The notes: generated by a model not told the origin, from the sequence alone. Positions 26,446 through 40,320 are shown, numbered from the stretch's first letter. The stretch: DNA of 64,000 bases from Mobula hypostoma (GCF_963921235.1 NC_086097.1:27592001-27656000); one strand, 5' to 3'. A program made the numbers and translations.

Positions 26446-26554
26446 ATAATATTACTCAATTATCACTGAAATGTTAAATACACAAAGGAGCACGTTACTG
26501 TTTGTCATCTATATCAATGATTTGGATGAGTATGTACTGAGCATGGTTAGTAAC

Positions 26555-27297
26555 TTCAAAGTTTCAAAGTACATTCACTATCAATGTATGTAAAAAAGAA
26601 CACATTAAAAAAATAACCCATAAAAAAGACTGTCAAACACACAATGTGCAATGAAAAAGAAAAATCATGCAAACAGTAACTGCAAGCAAATAGAACTGAA
26701 GACCGCAAGCGAATCCCATAGTTCAGTATAGAGCCGAGTAAATGCTGTGATGTAGAGATCTGAACCAGCCCCTACCCCATCTCAGGTCCCCACAACCTGA
26801 CCTTTTCAATCTGGCCCGTGGTTAACTCTCTGTCCGAACATCAAGTGCTGCCACTTTGAGCAGCAAGATGAACCAGCTCCCCCCTTGCCTTGAGCCGCAA
26901 CACCCTGACCTTTTCAATTTGGCCTGGCACTTAAATCTGTGTCTGAACAACAGGTTCTGCCGTTTGGAAATGCCAGACTTCGCCACCTCAAAGTCTGTAA
27001 ATCTGTAAGTCTCCATCCCAACATTGCGTTCAGTAGCATCGACACACTCTGCGGCCTGAACCCCATGGCTTCGATTCAGCCTATGCCTGACCTTTCAGGC
27101 TCTTGGCGACAGACCCGCTGCCTTGCCTTGCCTTGATTCTGCCACATCAAATTGCCTCCAAGTCCAAATGGAAGTTACTTGCCATGATCATTTGCCAGAA
27201 AAAGTATGGTTAACAAAGTATTTAGTTGCCATCCTTGTTTCGTTAGCCACCAGCCAGAAGTCGCTGAGGGTCACCAGCACCATCTTAAACTGGAAGA
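26555..27297 (-). mobile_element. Unclassified non-coding repeat with cctgaccttttcaat subrepeats, inserted in a CR1 (26490-27680)
   Basis: It interrupts CR1 RT between MVS and FADDIKIGG. Three cctgacctttt/c subrepeats. A Rex1-like tail lies at the low-coordinate end. Confidence 0.5.
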
Positions 27298-28689
27298 TGG
27301 TTTGCAGATGATATTAAAATTGGTGGTGTTGACAGAGAAGGTGATTTTCAGGATTTATCGAGAGAATGAGGGGTGATTGTATAGAGATGCATAAGATCAT
27401 AAGGGATAGATAGTGCAGTGTTTTACCCCCCTCCCAAAGGACCAGAGGGCATAGACTTAAGGTGAGAGGAGAGAGATTTAATAAGAACCTGAAGTGCAAC
27501 TATTTCATTCAGAGGGTGGTCAGTATATGGAATAAAATGCCAGAGGAAGTGGTTGAGACAGGTACATTTACAACAGTTTAGAGGGATAAGGATCAAACGC
27601 GGGCATGGGACTAGCTTACATAGGGATCTTGGTTGGCATGAAGCAGTTGGCCAAAGGGCCTGTTTCCGCGCTGTGGACCTCCCACTCGGAATCGAAAATG
27701 AGTCTGTAAGGAGGGGGAACAAACACATTGAACCAAGGACAAGGTAGCAGAAACCAGGAATGGAAACAAGTTCATAGGAAGTTAAAAAAAAACAAGGATG
27801 AAGGATGCGTCAACTTTTCCTAGCTGTTTGGTCACAAGGTTAACAATTCAGCTTATTAGCACAGGGATTGATTGGGAACAATTTGCTGCTGCCAGACCCA
27901 TTTCAGGGACAGAAACATGCCATATAAACTCAGTTACAAGATGAGAATTTTATGTTTCTATTAGAACCAAGAGTAAATCTTGTGTATTTTTTCCAGTTCC
28001 ATGAAAAAGATTACTTTTTTCAGGAAAAAAATGTTCCCTTCACAAACTGCAGAGTAAATATAATGTTACACAAACACTGCTTGGAGGAGCTCAGCAGGTC
28101 AGGCAGCATCTATAGAGAGGAATAAAGAGTTCACTTTTCGGGCCAATTTCATTTTAGGAGTGGAAAGGACAGGGGAAGAAACTTCCCCTTTCTACCTTTG
28201 ATAAAGGATTTTAGATTGTACAATTTATTCAAAACACATCGCAACTGGACAGGGGTAACCATTCAACCCAATGAAGTGTACTATCATTTACTTAGACCAA
28301 AATTGTCTTGATTTTACACCCTCAATCCTCTCTCAAAAAATTGTAACATCCCTGAAAATATCAATTACAATCAGCTTCCATAGCCTCCTGAAGGAAGCAG
28401 TTTCAAACTTCCACCATCTCTCATTTCATTTCTAAATAGGTTTATCCTAATTTTAAAGCTGTGATCAATTTGAAATTGATTAACATAGAACAAACAGTAC
28501 ATCTCCAGAGCAGGTTCTCAGGCCCATGATATTGGTAAGGAGCATGTTGCCAAATTATACTAATTCCTACTGACTTGACGTGATCCATATCCATATCCCT
28601 CTATGTTTACAGGTCTCTCACAATATTCTTTAACAGCTATTGTTTCATTGTGTACCTTTGTGCCATCTGCCACAAAAGATGAGATTTCC

Positions 28690-30815
28690 TGGTGGCCACC
28701 TATTTCAGTTTGACTTCCCATTTCCATTCCAACATGTCAGTCTATGGCTTCCCCTATTGTCAAGGTGAGGCCACACTCCATTCGGAGGAGAGACAACTCA
28801 TGTTCTTTTTGGGTACCTCCAACCTGATGGCATGAACATTGATTTCTCTAACTTCCAGTAATTTCCCCTCACTCCCCCTTCTCCCTTTCCCACTCCCTAC
28901 TCTGGCTCCCCTTTTACCTCTTCTCTTCTCCTCACCTGCTCATCACCTTCATATGGTTCCCTTCCTCCTGCCCTTTCTCCCATGACCCGCTGTCCTCTCC
29001 TATCAGATTCCTTCTTAGAACATACAGCACAGTACAGGCCCTTCGGCCCAAAATGTTGTGCCGACCCTCAGATCCTGCCTCCCATATAACCCCCCACCTT
29101 AAATTCCTCCATATACTTGTCCAGTAATCTCTTAAACTTCACTAGTGTATCTGCCTCCACCATTGACTCAGGCAGTGCATTCCATGCACCAATCACTCTC
29201 TGAGTAAAAAACCTTCCTCTACCATCCCCCTTGAACTTCCCACCCCTTACATTAAAGCCATGTCCTCTTGTATTGAGCAGTGGTGCACTGGGGAAGAGGC
29301 GCTGGCTATCCACTCTATCTATTCCTCTTATTATCTTGTACACCTCTATCATGTCTCCTCTCATCCTCCTTCTCTCCAAAGTGAAAAGCCCTAGCTCCCT
29401 TAATCTCTGATCATATTGCATACTTTCTAAACCAGGCAGCATTCTGGTAAATCTCCCCTGTACCCTTTCCAATGCTTCCACATCCTTCCTATAGTGAGGC
29501 GACCAGAACTGGACACAGTACTACAAGTGTGGCCTAACCAGAGTTTTATAGAGCTGCATCATTACATCGTGACTCTTAAACTCTATCCCTCGACTTATGA
29601 AAGCTAACACCCCATAAGCTTTCTTAACTACCCTATCCACCTGTGAGGCAACTTTCAGGGATCTGTGGACATGTACCCCCAGATCCCTCTGCTCCTCCAC
29701 ACTACCAAGTATCCTGCCATTTACTTTGTACTCTGCCTTGGAGTTTGTCCCTCCAAAGTGTACCACATCACACTTCTCCGGGTTGAATTCCATCTGCCAC
29801 TTCAAAGCCCACTTCTGCATCCTATCATTGTCTCTCTGCAATCTTCGACAATCCTCTACATTATCTACAACATCACCAACCTTTGTGTCGTCTGCAAACT
29901 TGCCAACCCAGCCTTCTACCCCCACATCCAGGTCGTTAATAAAAATCACAAAAAGTAGAGGTCCCAGAACAGATCCTTGTGGGACACCACTGGTCACAAT
30001 CCTCCAATCTGAATGTACTCCCTCCACCACCACCCTCTGCCTTCTGCAGGCAAGCCAATTCTGAATCCACCTGGCCAAACTTCCCTGGATCCCATGCCTT
30101 CTGACTTTCTGAATAAGCCTACCGTGTGGAACCTTGTCAAATGCCTTACTAAAATCCATATAGATCACATCCACTGCACTACCCTCATCTATATGCCTGG
30201 TCATCTCCTCAAAGAACTCTATCAGGCTTGTTAGACACGATCTGCCCTTCACAAAGCCATGCTGACTGTCCCTGATCAGACCATGATTCTCTAAATGCCC
30301 ACAGATCCTATCTCTAAGAATCTTTTCCAGCAGCTTTCCCACCACAGACGTAAGGCTCACTGGTCTATAATTACCCAGACTATCCCTACTACCTTTTTTG
30401 AACAAGGGGACAACATTCACCTCCCTCCAATCCTCCGGTATCATTCCCATGGACAACGAGGACATAAAGATCCTAGCTTTATGATCCTTCTTCAACCTTT
30501 ACCTCTTCCACCTCTCACTTCCCAGCTTCCTACTTCTTCCCTCCTACCCCACCTACCTACCTCCCCCCCTCACCTGATCTCACCTATCACCTCCCAGCTT
30601 CTTACTTCATCCCTCCTCCCCAATCCATTTACCTTCCTCCTGACCTGGTCTCACTCATTACCTGTCAGTTTATAATCCTTTCCCTCCCCCCACCTTCTTA
30701 TTCTGACTTCTTCCCTCTTCCTTTCCATCCTGATACAGGATCTTTGCCCAAAACATCGACTGTTTACTCCCCTCCATAGATGTCGCCTGACTTCCTCCAG
30801 CATTTTGTGTGCAAC
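28690..30815 (+). mobile_element. PLE 3' part (28690-29016 and 30485-30815) split by a CR1
   Basis: GIY-YIG C-terminal cctccaacctgatggcatgaacattga block, pyrimidine-rich UTR and degenerate hammerhead cctgatacaggatctttgcccaaaacatcgactg at about 30728-30762. Confidence 0.75.
29017..30484 (-). mobile_element. Young 5'-truncated CR1 with near-intact RT
   Basis: 324-aa ORF with [22 protein letters not shown] and FADD, ended by a single premature stop after LVRPHL. TSD tccttctt at 29009-29016 and 30485-30492. Confidence 0.93.
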
Positions 30816-31129
30816 ATCAAATTACACTAATCCGTACTGACTGCAAGTGATCCATATCCCACCATTCCCTGCACATTCATATGTCTAATAAGCCCTTGAA
30901 CAGCTATTGCATCTGCCTTCAGCACCACCCCTAGCAGCGTTCTGGGTGACTACCACTTCCTGTGTAAAAAAAACATGCCTCGGGCATCTCCTTTACACCC
31001 CCCTCCACCTTAAAGCTGTTTCTCTCCTATCTGGTATTTCTACCCTGCGATAAAAATACTGGCTGTCTTTTCTACTGAACAAAGCTGAAGCTGTTCTTAA
31101 CAAATTCTTGTTCTAAAATTTTAGAACTT

Positions 31130-31465
31130 TAGGGTGTCATGGTAATGTAGCCGTTAGCTTAACATTTTACAGTGCCAGTGATTATTGACGGGGGTTTAAT
31201 TTCCACCGCTGTCTGTAAGGAGTTAGCATGTTCTTCCTGTGACTGCATGGGTTTCCCATTAGCTGTTCCAATTTCCTCCCACATTCCACAGACACACAGG
31301 GGTGGTGAGTTGTGGACAAGCTATGATGGCACTGGAAGTGTGACGGCATTGAGGGCTGCCCCCAGCACAATCCTCACTGATTTAATCTGACACAAATGAC
31401 ACATTTCACGTATGTTTCATTGTTTTGATGTTCATGCTACAAATCAAGCCAATCTTTAATCTTTA
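31130..31465 (+). mobile_element. V-type tRNA SINE with Rex1-like tail
   Basis: Same head, central domain and tail as 12135-12420. Confidence 0.75.
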
Positions 31466-32151
31466 AATTTTTTTCATCCCACCAGTCTTCCATTCAGCAA
31501 ACTTTTGGCCATTTTTGCTGAGTGAAATTGAAGATGCACAAATGCACTTTCAGATACACATATTGCAAATGCACATGTGTACATGCAAGAACTCATGCAT
31601 CAAAAGCCTTGTCACCCCGTGCATTTAAACACTTCTTCCTCCTTTGGCATGTCCTGGGAACTCTCTGGGTTTGACCTGGAGTCTCTAGTAATAAAAATTA
31701 CCAAGTCTCTGTTATAAGTTATAAGTAACTAGCTCCAGGCCTGCACATATACAGCAGTCCTATGTCTGTCAGGCCACAGGCTAAGACTTGATCATTTGTA
31801 AGCTCAAGGATGAATGAAGAAAAACAAATGTGCATCTATATTACACCCTTTTCAAAAATGCTGAAGTTGCCTCCCATTACTTAAGCGCAGGGTAAGAACA
31901 ACAAAGGAGTAGTACGATTAAACTTATTACTCTGTCATGTTAGCAATGGTACACACAATGTGAAAACTATGAACCTGGCCCACTGCATGCCCAACCAAAA
32001 GCACTGCAAAAAAAAAGAGAGCCCTCCATGTGTAGGAGCCCCAATCAATTCACTGCATGTGCACATGCCACATTCTTGGAATCGATCCAACACAGTTTAC
32101 CCCCAAAGGTGTATACACACAGAAAGCTCCAACAAGTAATCTGGATCTTAC

Positions 32152-32273
32152 CCATTTTTAAAATAAATGACGTGCGCTCGTTGAAGTCCTGTTTCGAGGA
32201 AAAATCCCAGTTCTTGTTCTTGGAATGCTGAACCAGGCTTCGGACTTCTGTTCTGAATGTTAGTGTTCAATAC
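32152..32273 (-). CDS. Candidate exon B of host gene (VLNTNIQNRSPKPGSAFQEQELGFFLETGLQRAHVIYFKNG)
   Basis: Acceptor ttcttgtttttggagccag|GTA and donor TGG|gtaaga. 122 nt, open frame, phase 0 in and phase 2 out. Non-repetitive sequence retaining CpGs. Confidence 0.75.
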
Positions 32274-32302
32274 CTGGCTCCAAAAACAAGAACAATTGCT
32301 AT

Positions 32303-34490
32303 TAGAAACATAGAAACATAGAAAACCTGCAGCATAATACAGGCCCTTCAGCCCACAATGCTGTGCCGAACATATACTTACTTTAGAAATTACCTAGGGT
32401 TACCCATAGCCCTCTATTTTTCTAAGCTCCATGTATCTATCCAGGAGTCTCTTAAAAAACCCTATCGTATCCACCTCCACCACCGTCGCCAGCAGCCGAT
32501 TCCACGCATTCACCACTCTCTGCGTAAAAAACTTACCTCTGTACCTATTTCCAAAACACCTTAAAACTGTAACCTCTCATGCTAGCCATTTCAGTCCTGG
32601 GAAAAAGCCTCTGACTATCCACACGATCAATGTCTCTCATCATCAAATACACCTCTATCAGGTCACCTTTCACCCTCTGCCGCTCCAAGGAGAAAAGGCC
32701 AAGTTCACTCAACCTATTTTCATAAGGCATGCTCCCCAATCCAGGCAACATCCTTGTAAATCTCCTCTGCATCCTTTCTATAGTTTCCACATCCTTCCTA
32801 TAGTGAGGTGACCAGAACTGAACACAGTACTCCAAGTGGGATATGACCAGGGTCCTACGTAGCTGTAACATTACCCCTAGGCTCTTAAACTTAATCCCAC
32901 GGTTAATGAAGGACAATGCATCGTATGCTTTCTTAACCACAGAGTCAACCTGCGCAGCAGCTTTGAGTGGCCTATGGACTCGGACCCCAAGATCCCTCTG
33001 ATCCTCCACACTGCCAAGAGTCTTACCATTAATACTATTTTCTGCCATCATATTTGACCTATCAAAATGAACCACCTCACACTTATCTGGGTTGAACTCC
33101 ATTTGCCACTTCTCAGCCTAGTTTTGCATCCTATCGATTTCCTGTTGTAACCTCTGACAGCCCTCCACACTATCCACAACACGCCCAACCTTCGTGTCAT
33201 CAGCAAATTTACTAACCTATCCTTGCACTTCCTCATCCAGGTCATTTATAAATATCACGAAGAGAAGGAGGTCCCAGAACAGATCCCTGAGGCACACCAC
33301 TGGTCACCAACCTCCATCCAGAATATGACCCGTCTATAAGCACTCTTCTCCTTCTGTGGGCAAGCCAATTTTGGATCCACAAAGCAAGTTCCCCTTGGAT
33401 CCCATGCCTTCTTACTTTCTCAATCAGCCAGGCATGGGTTACCTTATCAAATGCCTTGCTGAAATCTATATAAACTACATCTACTGCTCTACCTTCATCA
33501 ATGTGTTTAGTCACATCCTCAAAAAATTCAATCAGGATCGTAAGGCACGACCTGCCTTTCACAAAGCCATGCCGACTACTCCTAATCATATTATGTCTCT
33601 CCAAATGTTCATAAATCCTGTCTCTCAGGATCTTTTCCATCAACTTACCAACCACTGAAGTAGGACTCACTGGTCTATAATTTCCTGGGCTATCTCTACT
33701 CCCTTTCATGAATAAGGGAACAGTATAATCTGTCTCCCTAACTGCTCCTTGATGTTCCTGTTACTAGTGGGTGCTCTATAAAAGACACCCAGTAAAGTTA
33801 TTGACCCCTTCCTGTTTCTAACTTCCACCCACAGAGAGTCAGTAGACAATCCCTCCATGACTTCCTCCTTTTCTGCAGCCGTGACACTATCTCTGATTAA
33901 CAGTGCCATGCCCCCACCTTTTTTGCCTCCCTCCCTGTCCTTTCTGAAACATCTAAAGCCTGGCACTCTAAATAACCATTTCTGCCCCTGAGCCATCCAA
34001 GTCTCTGTAATGGCCGCAATATCATAGCTCCAACCACTGATCCACGCTCTAAGCTCATCCACTTTGTTCATGATGCTTCTTGCATTAAAATAGACACATC
34101 TCAAACCATTGGTCTGAGTGCATCCCTTCTCTTTCACCTGCCCATCTTCCCTCTCGCACTGTCTACAAGCTTTCTCTATTTGTGAGCCAACCATCCCTCC
34201 TCCTCCTCTTCAGTTCGGTTCCCACCCCCAGCAATTCTAGTTTAAACTCTCCCCAATAGCCTTAGCAAACCGCCCTGCCAGGATATTGGTCCCCCTTGGA
34301 TTCAAGTGCAACCTGTCCTTTTTGTGCAGGTCACACCGGCTCCAAAAGAGGTTCCAATGATCCAGAAATCTTAATTCCTGCTCCCTGTTCCAATCCCTCA
34401 GCTATGCATTTATCCTCTACCTCACTCTATTCCTATACTCACTGTCACGTGGCACAAGCAGAAAACCTGAGATTACTATGTTTGAGGTAT
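32303..34490 (-). mobile_element. Internally deleted CR1 (ORF1 end, endonuclease N-terminus and RT)
   Basis: APE motifs LRCVYFNARSI...ITETW (33706-34194) are joined directly at about 33722 to the RT start PGNYRPVS. The (agaaacat)n tail is at 32303-32325. Confidence 0.9.
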
Positions 34491-34877
34491 TTTTAAACAA
34501 CTTCTCAAATTGAGTCTGGAACAAGTTATTCACACCTGTCTGTACATAAACATAAGTGAACAAAATTAGGACAAGCAAACTTCAATCACCAAAAGAAAGA
34601 AAACTGTAGGTTTGAACTGAGCCGTACAAAGATATACTTACTTCTACAACATATTCTGAATTATTAAAAAGGAACAAGAGTCCCCTTGACATATTTCTGC
34701 ACTTTGAATACAGTATCTGTTTATTCCCTTCCATAGACGCTGCCCGACCTGCTGAGTTCCTCTAGCGTGTTGTGTGTGTTGCTTTGACCCCAGCATCTAC
34801 AGAGTATTTTGTGTTTATGATCTGCAGAATCTCTTGCATCTAACAATTCAATTTTGATAATAATTTGAATTGGAGGA

Positions 34878-35533
34878 GAAGATGGCGGCGTGACGACAGC
34901 ACGCGCGGCCACTTCGGCGGTGATGTCTGTTATCTGTCAAGTAGGTGACCGTACACAATTCTGATTTGATGGAGACAGACGTGAGAGTACGGAGGAACAT
35001 CTGGAAATCTTCTGAAATGCCTGCTTCGCTGCTGCTGCTACTGTGTGGTAACCGGAATCTCTGGAGCTGAAGGCCCTGAAATCCTCGGCTTTGCCTGTTT
35101 CAGCGGCCGGGGCGAGGTCGAAGGCACTCGGGAGGCTGTATCGGAAGGCTTGTCGGAAGCTCTGAGTTTTCGGACGGATAGACTCAGGGTCGGCTGTGGT
35201 TGGCTGCTTCCAAGGCATCGGCAAGTTGACGGTGCCTGGAGGTTTATGGCAGGAGTTACTCCCTTTTGCCACTGCTATCGGAGACTCAGGAGTCGATCGA
35301 CTCGGGAACTTTGAGACTTTATTTACCGTGCCCATGGTTTGTTCTTCATCAAATTATAGTATTGCTTTGCACTGCTGTAACTATATGTTATAATTATGTG
35401 GTTCTGTCAGTGTTAGTCTTTGGTTTGTCTTGTTTTCTGTGATAGCACTCCGGAGAAACATTGTATCATTTCTTAATGCATGTATGCATTTCTAAATGAC
35501 AGTAAAAGAGAACTGAGTGTTCTCATAATCTAA
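34878..35533 (+). mobile_element. Unclassified CpG-rich young non-coding element starting with AAGATGGCGGC (YY1-like)
   Basis: Abrupt GC/CpG enrichment relative to the flanks and no credible ORF. It ends with a LINE-like tail (aaatgacagtaaaagag...cataatctaa). Confidence 0.5.
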
Positions 35534-35804
35534 AATTTCTATTTCAATACTCTGTCCAAAAATATATGCTAAAAAGAACATATGAATGTAAAACTGAAAA
35601 TGCTTGAAATTTCCAGCAGATCAGACAATTTTTATGTCGAGAGCTAGAGAGAAACTGAGCTTTATTTCAAATGACTTTTCATCAGAACTGGCCTCCTACA
35701 TTGTTCTAACAAAGTTCAATCAAATCTTGAGGACAACACCTCATCTGGGACTGGGTGCATTGCATCCTTCAGGACTCAATAGTCAACTGAAAAATTTCAC
35801 ATAA

Positions 35805-38770
35805 AACCATAGGATCATAATTCATAGGAACAGAATTAGGCCACTCAGCACATCGAGTCTGCTTCGGCATTCCATTATGGCTAATTTATTATCCTCCTAA
35901 ATACATTCTCCTGTTTTCTCTCCATAACCCTTGACCCCGAGTAAACAAAAACGTATGAATCTCCGCTTTAAATATACTCAATGACTTGACCTCCACAACC
36001 ATCCGTGGCAATGAATTCCACAGATTCACCACTCTCTGACTAAAGGAATGCCTTCTCATCCCTGTTCTAAATGTATGTCTCTCCTTTCTGAGGCTGTGCC
36101 CTCCGGTCCAAGACTCACCATCTATAGGAAATATCCTCTCCAAATACACTCTAATTGACTTTTCAATATTCGACAGATTTCAATGAGATCCCCCATCATT
36201 CTAAATTCCAGTGAGGACAGGCCTAGAGCCATTAAATGCTCCTTATACTTTAACCATTTCATTTCCAGAATCAGTCTCATGAACTTCATTTGGACCCTCT
36301 CCAATGCGAGCACATTTTTTCTTGGGTAAGAGACCAAAAACTGCTCACAATACTACATGTGTGGTCTGACCAATACCTTTTAAAGCCTCAGCATCACATC
36401 ATTGGTCTTATATTGTAGTCCTCTTGAAATAAATCCTAACATTGCATGTCTTCCTTATCAATGTCTCAACCTTTATGGAATCCTGCACAAGGGTTCCCAA
36501 GTCCCTTTGCCCCTCTGATTTTTGCATCTTCGCCCTGTTTAGAAAATAGCCTACTTCTTTATTCCTTCTACTAAAGTGCATGACCATTCACTTCCCTACT
36601 CTATATTCCAACTGCCACTCCCTTGCCCATTCTTCCAATCTGTACAGGTTATTCTGCAGACTCCCTCTCTCCTCAACACTACCTGCCCCTCCACCTATCT
36701 TTTTACTGTTCGCAAACTTGGCCATAAAAACCATTAATTCCATCATCTAAATCACTGGCATAGAACATGAAAAGAATCGATCCCAATACAGACCCCGGCA
36801 AGCACCATTGGTCACCAGCAGCCAACCAGAATAAGCCATCTTTATTCTGACTCTTTGCCTCTGCCAGTCAGCCAATCTTCATCAATGCTAGTATACTTTC
36901 TTTAAAACAATGGATTCTCATCTTGTTAAACAGCCTCATGTGCAGCAACTAGTGAAAGACCTTCTGTATATCCAAGTAAACAATGTCCACTGACTCTCCT
37001 TCACCTAAGCTACCTGTTCGTTCCTTAACGAATTCCAGCAGATTTGTCAGGCAATATTTCCCCTCAAGGAAACCATGCTGACTTTAGCCTACTTTATCAT
37101 GCGCCAACAAGTACACCAAAATCTCATCTTTAACAGTGGAAGCCAACATCTTCCCAACCACTGAAGTCAGGCTAACTGGCCTACAATTTCCTTTCTTCTG
37201 CCTCCCTCCCTTCTTAAAGAGTGGAGTGACATTTGCAATTCCCAGTCCTCCGGAATCGTTCCAAAATCTAGAGGTTCTTGAAATATTATTCCTAATGCCT
37301 GCACAAACTCTTCGGTCATCTATTTCAGAACTCTGGCATGTAGTCCATCTGGTTTAGGTGACTTGTCTTCCTTCAGAACTTTCACCTTCCCAAGCACCTT
37401 CTCATTATTAATAGTAACGACACTCACTTCTGCCTTCTGATACTCTCAAATTTCTAGCATACTGCTAGTGTCTTCCACCGTGAAAACTAATGCAAAATAT
37501 TTATTAAATCCATCCACCATTTCTTTGTCCCCATGGCTACCTCTCCAGTGTCATTTTCCAGCAGTTCAATATCCACTCTCACCTCTCTTTTACTCATTAT
37601 ATATCTGAAAAACCTCTTTGATATTATTGGTTAGCTTACCTTCATATTTCCTCTTTTTTCTCCTTATGATTTTTTAGTTGCCTTATGTTGGTTTTTAAAA
37701 GCTTCCTAATATTTTTGCTATATCATATGCCCTCTCATTTGCATTTATGCTGACTTTGACATCCCTTGTCAGCTCTGGCTGCCTCATCTTTTTAAAAATA
37801 TTTCTTCATCTTTCAGATGTATTTATCCTGCACTTTCCGAATCACCCCAGAAACTCAAACATTACTCTCGCATGCCTATGTAATTCTATTTATTCCACTA
37901 TAATACTGATACATCTTACTTTATCTTCTGTCTCTCAAACAGCAAGGTGAATATTATGATCACTGTCTCCTAAGGGTTCCTTTATCTTAAGCTCCTGAAT
38001 CAAATCTGGTTCATTGCACAACAGCCAAACCAGAACTGCCTTTCCCCTAGTAGGCTCATCCACAAGCTGCTTCAGAAAGCCATCTAGTAGGTATTCTACA
38101 ATTCCTCTCTCTTGTGATCCAACAACAACCTGATTTTCCTAATCTACATGCATACCAAAATCCCACATTGCCCTCACTACATTCTTTTTCTATTTCCCAT
38201 TGAAAGTTATATCCCACATCCTTGTTACTGTTCGGCAGCCTGTATATAACTTCCTTCAGGATCTTTTTACCCTTGTAGTTTCTTAGCTCTACCCACAAGG
38301 GTTCTACATCTTCTGATCCTATGTCACCTCTTTCTAAAGATTTGTGTTTTTTTTACCGATAGAGCCACCGCACCCCCTCCGCTTACTTGCCTCTCCTTTC
38401 GATACAAAATGCATACTTGAATGTTAGGCTCACAACTATGATTTTCTTTCAGCCACGATTCAGTGATGCTCACGATATCATACCTGCCAATCTCCAACTG
38501 CGCTACAAGATCATCTACCTCATTCTGTATACTGTGTGCATTCAAATATCACAGTTTCAGTCCTGTATTCATTATCCTTTTCGATTTTGCCCCCATGTTA
38601 CACTTCAGATTATTCCAACTGCAAATTTGCCCTATCATATACCAATCCTTCCTTACAGTCACACTACACATTGCCAATTGCCTCAACCTCAGCCCTAACA
38701 TTCTGGTTCCCATACTCCTGCCAAAATAGTTTAAACCCTCCCCAACAACTCTAGCAAACCCCTCCATCAG
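35805..38770 (-). mobile_element. Long degenerate CR1 (ORF1 end, endonuclease, RT, 3' end)
   Basis: MNAHSIQNEVDDL...ITESWL, WVELRN...VIYRLPNS, RT and C-terminal motifs, with many stops and frameshifts. Confidence 0.88.
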
Positions 38771-38944
38771 ATACACACATTTGATTAGCAGAAATAAATC
38801 AGCTATTGAAACTGTTGTTTATAAAATTGGAGAATGTGTAGGTGAATATTCTGATAAAGGTTGTGGATGAGGTTGTGATGAGTTATACCATGCTCATCTC
38901 TCTCTGTACTTTGTCAAGGTGTTGACAATTTGCTTGGTATTACT

Positions 38945-39085
38945 ATACAGTGCCCATAAAAAGTACTCACCACCCTCCCCTCCTTGTAAGTTTTCAGGTT
39001 GTATTTTATTACAACATTGAATCATAGCGGATTTAATTTGGCTTTTTTGACACTGATCAACAGAAGAAGGCGCTTTCATGTCATG
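38945..39085 (+). mobile_element. Tc1-like terminal fragment
   Basis: TA|cagtgcccataaaaagtactcacc is a typical Tc1 TIR start. Confidence 0.6.
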
Positions 39086-39087
39086 AT

Positions 39088-39975
39088 GCCAGAAACAGCC
39101 AAGAGTGAAAATGAAACAATTTCACTCCTTCAACAAGTTAGAAACTACGAAGATTTTGAAGGAATTTACAATAATCTAGAACAGGGGTCCCTAACCTTTT
39201 GCGCACCGCAGACCGGTTTAATATTGACAATATTCTTGCGGACTTCGTGTGCGTTCAAGTTCAACAGTGGGTGTGACAGGGAATGAGGAAAGGTGCAGCT
39301 GACTCATATCGGTTCATATCACCAAATCATATCGTTTCCTCGTGGCTCGGTTGCACATGCTTGCGGCCCAGTGGTTGGGGACCAGTAATCTAGAACTTTA
39401 CAATGAAGATTTGGAGGATACAATTGTCAATAGCATTGTATGAAGGCAGTCCATTATCTGCACTAGATCTGTGCGCTGATTTTGTTCATTTAGTCAATCA
39501 AAAGAACATGGCAATGTATACCGGATGAATTCCTCTGTTGATAACTATTAGGAAGTAATACAGTGAGAAAAGAAAGAGAAATTGCCTTTAAACTCACGAG
39601 AGAGCATAGGCCATCAACCTTTTGCTGCTGATGTTTCTTTTTTACGAGGTCGAGTTGCTAGCTCGATGCTCAACCCAGCACAGATGAAAAGCGTGCCGGG
39701 GTAGCCAGCTAGATTCGAACTTGGGAGCCTTCGCTCCAAAGTCAGGCACTGATGCCACTATGCCACCAGCCGGCTAGTTTTACAGTACTGTAGCAGTATT
39801 GCTAGTGTTCTAATTTATTCATTTAAATACTTAATTTGCTACTCAGTTAAACAGCAGTTCGTCTTTATTATACATGTTTAACTATTTCCATGAAACTTCG
39901 GATAATTGAGACAGCTGTTTAATTAGGCTAAAATGTACTGGTCCCAATGTGTCCCAATTAACTGGAAACCACCGT
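39088..39975 (+). mobile_element. Tigger/pogo-like DNA transposon remnant with nested MITE and SINE
   Basis: Ends in tgtcccaattaactggaaaccaccgtg, a Tigger-like TIR. A tRNA-derived SINE is nested on the minus strand at about 39600-39778, with a related copy at 47745-47945. Confidence 0.5.
39182..39387. mobile_element. hAT-Charlie type MITE
   Basis: TIR caggggtccctaacc / ggttggggaccagta. 8-bp TSD atctagaa (NTCTAGAN target) at 39174-39181 and 39388-39395. Confidence 0.88.
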
Positions 39976-40320
39976 GCATATTAATTAATTAATTAGTGCA
40001 AAAGGAGAGCAAGAGTAGTGAGGTAGCATTCATGGGTTGGTTCATTTTCCATTCAGAAGTCTAATGGTGGAGGGGAAAAAGCTGTTCCTGTAATGTTGAG
40101 TGTGTGTCTTCAGGCTCCTGTCTCTCCTCTCTGATGGTGGTATAAGAACAGAGCATGCCCTGGTTGATGGGGTCCTTAATGAGGGATGCTACCTTATTGA
40201 GGCATCACCTTTTAAAGGCATCCTCAGTGGTGGGGAGCCAGTGCCCATGATGGAGCTAGCTGAGCTTGCAACCGTCTGCAGCTCTTTCTGATCCTCTGCA
40301 GTGGCCCCTCCATAACCCTA
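39975..40320 (-). mobile_element. Rex1/Babar 3' fragment
   Basis: Reverse complement of the IIKDP.HP.HALFS.LPS.RR region. Further fragments are at 42195-42720(-), 43030-43385(+) and 45270-45715(+). Confidence 0.75.

Noticed and set aside
29521..30495. 324-aa and 306-aa (17853-18773) ORFs as host genes or a domesticated RT
   Set aside because: They are 5'-truncated CR1 ORF2 pieces with a premature stop or frameshift and CR1 tails, so they are ordinary young insertions.
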